A stretch of 12,566 nucleotides of DNA from an uncultured Chthonomonas sp. (GTDB lineage: Bacteria; Armatimonadota; Chthonomonadetes; Chthonomonadales; Chthonomonadaceae): positions 1 through 12,566 of the forward strand of contig CAIJLM010000217.1 in NCBI GenBank assembly GCA_903821495.1, written 5' to 3'. Both the position numbers and the translations under genes were made by a program. This document shows, piece by piece, positions 7,999-12,566 of this stretch. Numbering within the stretch: the first letter of the stretch is position 1; each line of letters starts with the position of its first letter. The notes under the pieces were generated by a model. That model was given only the letters and a program-made list of their open reading frames with translations. It was not told the DNA's origin and ran no database searches.

Positions 7999-8616
7999 TT
8001 ACGGCTTTTCGCGGCTTACTGCGTAGCAGGCGAGGATGTTGCCTGAACCTTGCCATGTGCGTGTCGAGAGGAGTTTGAGCAGCACGCCCGGCTGACCTTC
8101 AAATAGTGGCGTACCCCCGCCTGCTATCATCGGAGAAATCATCAGGTGCAGTTCGTCCACCATATCCTGAGCCATCAGGTCGTTCCAGAGCATACGTGCC
8201 GCAAACAGCAGTATGTCTCGACCGTCTTGTTGTTTGCGGGCGGCAATCTCACGGTGCGAGTCCGCACGTTTGACGATGCGTGTATTCCCCCATGGGGCGA
8301 TTTCCTCGGACGTGAGGCTATCCGAAATGACGATTTTCTCGATGGATGCCATAAGTCCCGCAATTTCACGTCGGATAGCGGTGGCGTTGGGGTCTGCGGG
8401 AACCCCCATCCAGTAGTCCTTGAAGCCTAAAGAGGAGGTGCGCCCGCTGAGTATCAGGGTATCAGCGGCGCGTAACCGCTCCGCATTGTAGAAATCGAAG
8501 TTCTGGTCGCCCGAGTAATCTGGGTGGTAATAGTTAAAGAGAGCGCCAAGGTCTCTATCCTTACCTTCGTAATAACAGTCTAGTGAGACGAGGTTGCTGA
8601 CAATGAGTTTACGCAT
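7999..8616 (-). CDS. Dihydrofolate-reductase-like protein of the RibD C-terminal domain (YwjB/YyaP-type) family
   Basis: The N-terminus [20 protein letters not shown]...[12 protein letters not shown]... and the size of about 205 aa match the bacterial RibD_C/DHFR-like reductase family, which begins MRKvilyiamSLDGy and has a later GRkTyE-like block. The ATG at 8616 has an upstream TGGAG. Confidence 0.65.
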   Translation of the reverse strand: MRKLIVSNLVSLDCYYEGKDRDLGALFNYYHPDYSGDQNFDFYNAERLRAADTLILSGRTSSLGFKDYWMGVPADPNATAIRREIAGLMASIEKIVISDSLTSEEIAPWGNTRIVKRADSHREIAARKQQDGRDILLFAARMLWNDLMAQDMVDELHLMISPMIAGGGTPLFEGQPGVLLKLLSTRTWQGSGNILACYAVSREKP

Positions 8617-8759
8617 GATATTGCTCCATAACTTCAGGATACCCGATAACGGGTTCAGTGCATCTCACTACGGCGCTTCTCGCGAAACCGGAAAGACATT
8701 CAAGAGAGGATGTCTGCAAAAGGTCTGTACGGCAGGGCGTTCGGGGAGTCTCGCTTCTC

Positions 8760-9668
8760 TTACAAAGGGTTTAACTCCTGTAGAGTAGGCTTCCAGTCTA
8801 GCTCTTGCAGTTTGCGGAAGTAGTCTTCTGGGGTGAGTTGGTCTGGCGGCTTGTTTAGCAGAGTGACAAGTACTGCTTCCATCACATTTGTACCGAAGGA
8901 GCGTCCCTCAAAGACAGGGGTTGTTGTGATTAGGAGGTGAACGCCGCGCCGCTTCAACTCCTCCACGTTCTCCGCTGTTGTGGTGTTGGTGAGAACTATT
9001 TTGCCCTTCAAATCTTCCGGCATATACCGCCCAATGAGGTGGTAGTCTCCCGCAATGACATCCGCTTCCGCGTAGTATTTCTGCCACTTGGGGGTGTTTT
9101 TGTCCTGCTTTTCGCCCGTCGGGTAGAGCCACTCTATGGGACATTGAACGACTACAGGCAGAACGAGACGCGCCAGCCTCTGAACCGCGCCCCACGAGCG
9201 TATCGCGATGGGTATCCCTAGGCTGAACATCATATCGCCAAAAACGATGCTCTTCGCTCGTTGCGCCAACGCTTCCGCCATTCCAAAGCGGTCTACCGCG
9301 CAGACGAGTAGCACGCGCTTCTGCGTAAAATCTACGATACCCTTCTCTTGTAGATAGGCGACTGTTTCTCGCTCTAGCGTGTTTTTGAGTCCGCTTCCAT
9401 CAACGTAAGGGGTTTTCTTTGCGCCTTTGAAGAGGGTGACGCTATCGCGCATGGTGTAGCGGCGGTTGTTGGCGTAGACGTACAAATCGGTTCCGCCCAC
9501 CCCAAAAGCGTCCACCTTGCCGTCAAGGTCTGCGATAAGTTGTCTGTATTTTGCTTTGTCGCCGTCGGTTCCTACGCGCTCAATCTCAAACTCCTCTCCG
9601 AAGAGGGTTGCATTGACTCTCTTATTGCGCTTGGACGAACCGAGGCTGATGCTTACGACACGTTTCAA
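8760..9668 (-). CDS. Conserved protein of unknown function. Homologues in Firmicutes and Thermotogae are, from memory, often annotated 'quinate 5-dehydrogenase', but there is no solid functional evidence.
   Basis: A 302-aa ORF with a TTG start at 9668, preceded by a strong SD (GGGAGGGG, 6-nt spacing). The N-terminus MKRVVSISLGSSKRNKRV... resembles a widespread uncharacterised family. There is no transmembrane segment and no obvious Rossmann GxGxxG motif. Confidence 0.55.
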   Translation of the reverse strand: MKRVVSISLGSSKRNKRVNATLFGEEFEIERVGTDGDKAKYRQLIADLDGKVDAFGVGGTDLYVYANNRRYTMRDSVTLFKGAKKTPYVDGSGLKNTLERETVAYLQEKGIVDFTQKRVLLVCAVDRFGMAEALAQRAKSIVFGDMMFSLGIPIAIRSWGAVQRLARLVLPVVVQCPIEWLYPTGEKQDKNTPKWQKYYAEADVIAGDYHLIGRYMPEDLKGKIVLTNTTTAENVEELKRRGVHLLITTTPVFEGRSFGTNVMEAVLVTLLNKPPDQLTPEDYFRKLQELDWKPTLQELNPL

Positions 9669-9694
9669 AGATAACCCCTCCCTATTATGAGGAT

Positions 9695-9719
9695 GCCCCT
9701 CTCCGATTTGGAGAGGGGC
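9695..9719 (-). other. GC-rich hairpin with a 10-bp stem (GCCCCTCTCC / GGAGAGGGGC) and a 5-nt loop, between the FAH gene and the downstream gene; a possible attenuator or weak terminator
   Basis: A perfect inverted repeat that lies 50 nt after the FAH stop and 28 nt before the TTG start of the next gene. It lacks a U-tract: the - strand continues AUCCUCAUAAUAGGG. It shares the CCTCTCC/GGAGAGG core with the hairpins at 99-124 and 5634-5665. Confidence 0.35.
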
Positions 9720-9770
9720 TATACCGAAGGTAGTTCCATTGCGCTCAGGCGAACAAAACTCCCTCCTCGC

Positions 9771-10649
9771 CTAGTCTTCCTCTACGGTATTCGTTAGCGT
9801 GCCTAGCCCCGCAATCGTTACCGACATTGTGTCGCCCTGCTTGAGGAGGATGGGCGGTTTGCGGAATATCCCGACTCCGCCGGGCGTACCGGTAGAGAGG
9901 ATGTCTCCCGGTAGCAGGGTCATCGTCTGTGATAGATAGGAGATGAGGAACGGGACATTGAAGATGAGATTGCTTGTGTTGGAGGTCTGCATCGTCTGCC
10001 CGTTGAGGGTGAGCGAAATATCTAGGTCGTGCGGGTCTGCCACTTCGTCGGCGGTGAGGAGGTAGGGACCTGTAGGGTAGAAGCCATCGGGACTTTTGCC
10101 GCGCACCCACTGCTTATCGGCGAACTGAATATCGCGTGCGGAGACATCGTTGGCGCACATATAGCCTGCGACATGGTTCAGGGCTTCTTCTACGGGAATA
10201 TAGCGTCCGCCGCCGCCCGCGCCGCCGATAACTACAGCGAGTTCCGCCTCGTAGTCTACCTGCTTCGCGAGTTTGGGGATGCGTACCACGCCGTCGGGGT
10301 CGTTTAGGGCGGTGGGGTATTTCGAGAAGAGAATGGCGCTTTCGGGGATGGGTTGGTTCTGCTCTAGGCAGTGGTCGCGGTAGTTCTGCCCGATACAGAG
10401 TATCTTCTGCGCGTCGCCGACGGGCGCGAGGAGTTGGACGCTAGAGCGAGCGAGCGTCGCTCCCTCTATCCACGCCGCTTTGGAGATGGCGGCGGCGGCT
10501 TGCTCCAGCCCACCGGTTCCGAGCGAGAGGAATGCCTTCATTGAGGTCGGTAGGCTACTGTCGGCGACGCTAAAGTCTACAATCGTTTCGTCATCGATGA
10601 GAGCGCCGATAGAGACGTTTCCATGAATTTGAAAGCTAACGAGTTTCAT
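9771..10649 (-). CDS. Fumarylacetoacetate hydrolase (FAH) family protein (2-keto-4-pentenoate hydratase / HpcE-like / FAHD-like)
   Basis: It carries the motifs typical of FAH-fold hydratases/decarboxylases: KILCIGQNYRDH, DYEAELAVVIG, GYMCANDVSARDIQ and PGDILSTGTPGGVG. ATG at 10649. Confidence 0.85.
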   Translation of the reverse strand: MKLVSFQIHGNVSIGALIDDETIVDFSVADSSLPTSMKAFLSLGTGGLEQAAAAISKAAWIEGATLARSSVQLLAPVGDAQKILCIGQNYRDHCLEQNQPIPESAILFSKYPTALNDPDGVVRIPKLAKQVDYEAELAVVIGGAGGGGRYIPVEEALNHVAGYMCANDVSARDIQFADKQWVRGKSPDGFYPTGPYLLTADEVADPHDLDISLTLNGQTMQTSNTSNLIFNVPFLISYLSQTMTLLPGDILSTGTPGGVGIFRKPPILLKQGDTMSVTIAGLGTLTNTVEED

Positions 10650-10736
10650 TGTTTGGGAGGACTCCTTTGTGTAATGTGAGGTTCACAAATGGAAGTTCGC
10701 CATTGAATGCGGCTATCCCTGCACGAAATTCGTAGG

Positions 10737-12446
10737 TCAGAACGCTAGTCGCTCTTGCCCTGCTCCCTCCGCCTGTTTCTCTGCGGATTTGAGCGAGACA
10801 TTCGCGCCATAGAACGGAAAATCGAAGGTCTTACCCTCAAGAAGTTCGCCAATGGTGCGAACCTGTATCCTTGCAACAGTCCGCCCGAAGCCGCTCGAAG
10901 GCGTGTAGTAGCCCGCAGAACTCGCCTCGTTCAGCATGGCTTGCGTAGGAGACTCTAAGGTGACGAAAAAGGCGAGTTCCGCCTTCTCGCGAGACATCAC
11001 GCCATGCAAATCGCGTATCTGGCTCACCCCGACGTGTCCGCCTTTCACCTGAACAACGGCTTTCGACGGTTTCTTAGGGTTGTCGTAGAAGTAGGCTACG
11101 CCATCAATCCCCCTGTCTGCGCCCTTCTTCTCTTGCGGAATGGCGGGTATTAGCCCAACCGCCCACATCTCAAAGTCTTTGTGCGAACTGTCCTTCTCGT
11201 ACAGCAGACGCGCCCCCGCTATGTCTGTAGGCAACCCCTCCACAGCGAAAACATTGTCAGGCGCAGGGGCGTCTTTACTCAAGAGACGCACATCCCGTGT
11301 ACGAAAGGAGTCGTAGAGGCGCGTTTGAACGAGGCTGGTGGCGATAGGGGCGATGTCTATGCCTATCCACTGTCGCCCTAACTTCTGCGCGGCGACAATC
11401 GTCGTGCCGCAACCGCAGAACGGGTCAAGCACAACATCTCCCGCATTGCTAGAGGCGGAGAGAAGGCGCTCTAGCAGGGTGAGGGGCTTTTGAGTGGGGT
11501 AGCCAAGTCGCTCTTTCGAGTGGGCGCTAATGGGCTGTAGGTCGGTAATGACATCCTGTAGAGTAACGCCTTTTGTGTCCGCCAAAAATCCTTTGTAGCG
11601 AGGACTTTTCCCTTTTGGGGGCCAGTAGATTAGTTCTTGAGCGTCTAAAATATCGAGTTTTTCTTGCGTAGAGAGAGCGTCCGCCGCCTCCTTGCCTATG
11701 TGGTCGTAGAGAGGTTTGGAGGGAACCGCCCAGTGTCTTCCCATAGCGGTAGGATTGATTCCCTTCCACTCTCGCCCGGAATCGCCCACTCTTACGCCAG
11801 CGGCAGTCAAGTCGCTGAGGCGGAAGCGGCTACCTTCGCTATCGGTATGACGGTAGAATTTGGCGAGGTAGGTTTCGTTGTGCGCCGTGTATTGGGGGTT
11901 CCAAGTATACGAGTCGGACTTCGTGTAGAAAAGAATGACATCGTGGGCGGGTCCGTATCGCTTTGAGGAGCTATGGGCGCTAGTGCGTTTCCAAATGAGT
12001 TCGTTCTTGAAGTTTCTCGCGCCCAATATCGCGTCCAAAATCAGTTTTAGATAGTGGGAGGCGGTAGGGTCGCAGTGCAAATAGATGCTACCTGTCGGCT
12101 TCAAAACGCGGTGCAGATGGTAGAGGCGGGGAGCCATCATCACAAGGTACGCCATTAGGTCATTTTCGCCAATGGAGTTATGAAAGCCCTGCATCAACTC
12201 GATAACTTTGGCGTTCGGGCAGAGTGTTGCGAACTCGTTCCAAGCCTCCGCCGCCCCCGCCCAGTTCCATGTATCCCCGAACGCTTTTATCTGCGCTGGA
12301 CTTGCGTGTCCGCTCTGCTCCTTGAAGAGAACATTGTAATCTCTATCAGAGTTGAAAGGAGGGTCAAGGTAGATGAGGTCAACGCTCTCATCCGCGATAT
12401 GCTTGGGTATTATCTCAATGTTGTCGCCGAAGTAGAGCGTATTCAT
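10737..12446 (-). CDS. Beta-class (N6-adenine or N4-cytosine) DNA methyltransferase of the N6_N4_Mtase type, fused to a C-terminal Mrr-like PD-(D/E)xK restriction-endonuclease domain
   Basis: - Motif IV DPPF lies at aa 28-31, close to the N-terminus.
- The PTQKPLTLLERLL block lies at aa 317-329.
- Motif I VLDPFCGCGTTIVAAQKLG lies at aa 339-357.
- The order IV-then-I places it in the beta class.
- The C-terminal part, aa ~423-545 (nt ~10812-11180), has Mrr_cat hallmarks: FEMWAVGL, GADRGIDGV (D-GIDG) and VVQVKGG (QxK), followed by AELAFFVT.
- ATG at 12446, preceded by AGGAGGAG. Confidence 0.85.
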   Translation of the reverse strand: MNTLYFGDNIEIIPKHIADESVDLIYLDPPFNSDRDYNVLFKEQSGHASPAQIKAFGDTWNWAGAAEAWNEFATLCPNAKVIELMQGFHNSIGENDLMAYLVMMAPRLYHLHRVLKPTGSIYLHCDPTASHYLKLILDAILGARNFKNELIWKRTSAHSSSKRYGPAHDVILFYTKSDSYTWNPQYTAHNETYLAKFYRHTDSEGSRFRLSDLTAAGVRVGDSGREWKGINPTAMGRHWAVPSKPLYDHIGKEAADALSTQEKLDILDAQELIYWPPKGKSPRYKGFLADTKGVTLQDVITDLQPISAHSKERLGYPTQKPLTLLERLLSASSNAGDVVLDPFCGCGTTIVAAQKLGRQWIGIDIAPIATSLVQTRLYDSFRTRDVRLLSKDAPAPDNVFAVEGLPTDIAGARLLYEKDSSHKDFEMWAVGLIPAIPQEKKGADRGIDGVAYFYDNPKKPSKAVVQVKGGHVGVSQIRDLHGVMSREKAELAFFVTLESPTQAMLNEASSAGYYTPSSGFGRTVARIQVRTIGELLEGKTFDFPFYGANVSLKSAEKQAEGAGQERLAF

Positions 12447-12467
12447 TCCGATTAGTCTCCTCCTGCC

Positions 12468-12566
12468 TTACTGACTCAAAGAGCGCGCGAAATGCGCTAA
12501 GTCCGTAGGAGTCAGAGCGCGATAGCAGAGTTTGCCATCCACCGCGCACAGCGACTGCGCCTGTAG
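12468..12566 (-). CDS. 3' end of an unknown gene, probably co-transcribed with and translationally coupled to the MTase gene
   Basis: From the window edge an open frame on the - strand reads ...LQAQSLCAVDGKLCYRALTPTDLAHFARSLSQ*, with a TAA stop at 12470-12468. The MTase ATG (with its SD) follows 21 nt after the stop. The ORF track does not list it because only 32 codons fall inside the window. Confidence 0.35.
   Translation of the reverse strand, partial: LQAQSLCAVDGKLCYRALTPTDLAHFARSLSQ

Noticed and set aside
8146-8430. Overlapping small + strand ORFs (94, 67 and 64 aa) inside the DHFR-like gene region
   Set aside because: They are antisense to a well-supported CDS, carry no ribosome-binding sites and have no recognisable motifs.
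1-12566. Searched for CRISPR arrays, tRNA/rRNA genes, and transposase, integrase or phage signatures
   Set aside because: There are no regularly spaced direct repeats of 25-40 bp, no tRNA-like cloverleaf candidates in the short intergenic regions, and no DDE/tyrosine-recombinase-like ORFs. The only defence-related element is the MTase-Mrr gene.

Overview
This 12.6-kb window is high-GC bacterial chromosome (roughly high-50s % GC by eye) carrying nine complete genes and one 3' gene fragment. I found no rRNA, tRNA, CRISPR array or transposase/integrase signature.

On the + strand there is a translationally coupled pair typical of Planctomycetota, Verrucomicrobiota and Acidobacteriota: a 1027-aa secreted PSCyt1/DUF1592-family protein with two CxxCH motifs, then a Tat-signal DUF1552 protein. 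A perfect 16-bp terminator hairpin follows.

The rest of the window is transcribed on the - strand. In order of decreasing coordinate it holds:
- the last 32 codons of an unknown gene, coupled to the next gene;
- a 569-aa beta-class DNA methyltransferase fused at its C-terminus to an Mrr-type PD-(D/E)xK restriction-endonuclease domain, which is a possible single-chain defence module;
- a fumarylacetoacetate-hydrolase (FAH) family enzyme;
- a conserved protein of unknown function;
- a RibD_C/DHFR-like reductase;
- a two-gene NfeD-like plus flotillin (SPFH) operon, in which the NfeD protein has an unusual ~40-aa histidine-rich loop;
- a TPR-repeat protein.

Three intergenic hairpins (99-124, 5634-5665, 9695-9719) share the same CCTCTCC/GGAGAGG stem core, which suggests a small family of palindromic terminator-like elements.

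Nothing here is unambiguously a novel system. The MTase-Mrr fusion with its coupled upstream gene, and the His-rich NfeD-flotillin pair, are the parts most worth follow-up. All homology calls rest on motifs recognised by eye; no database search was possible.
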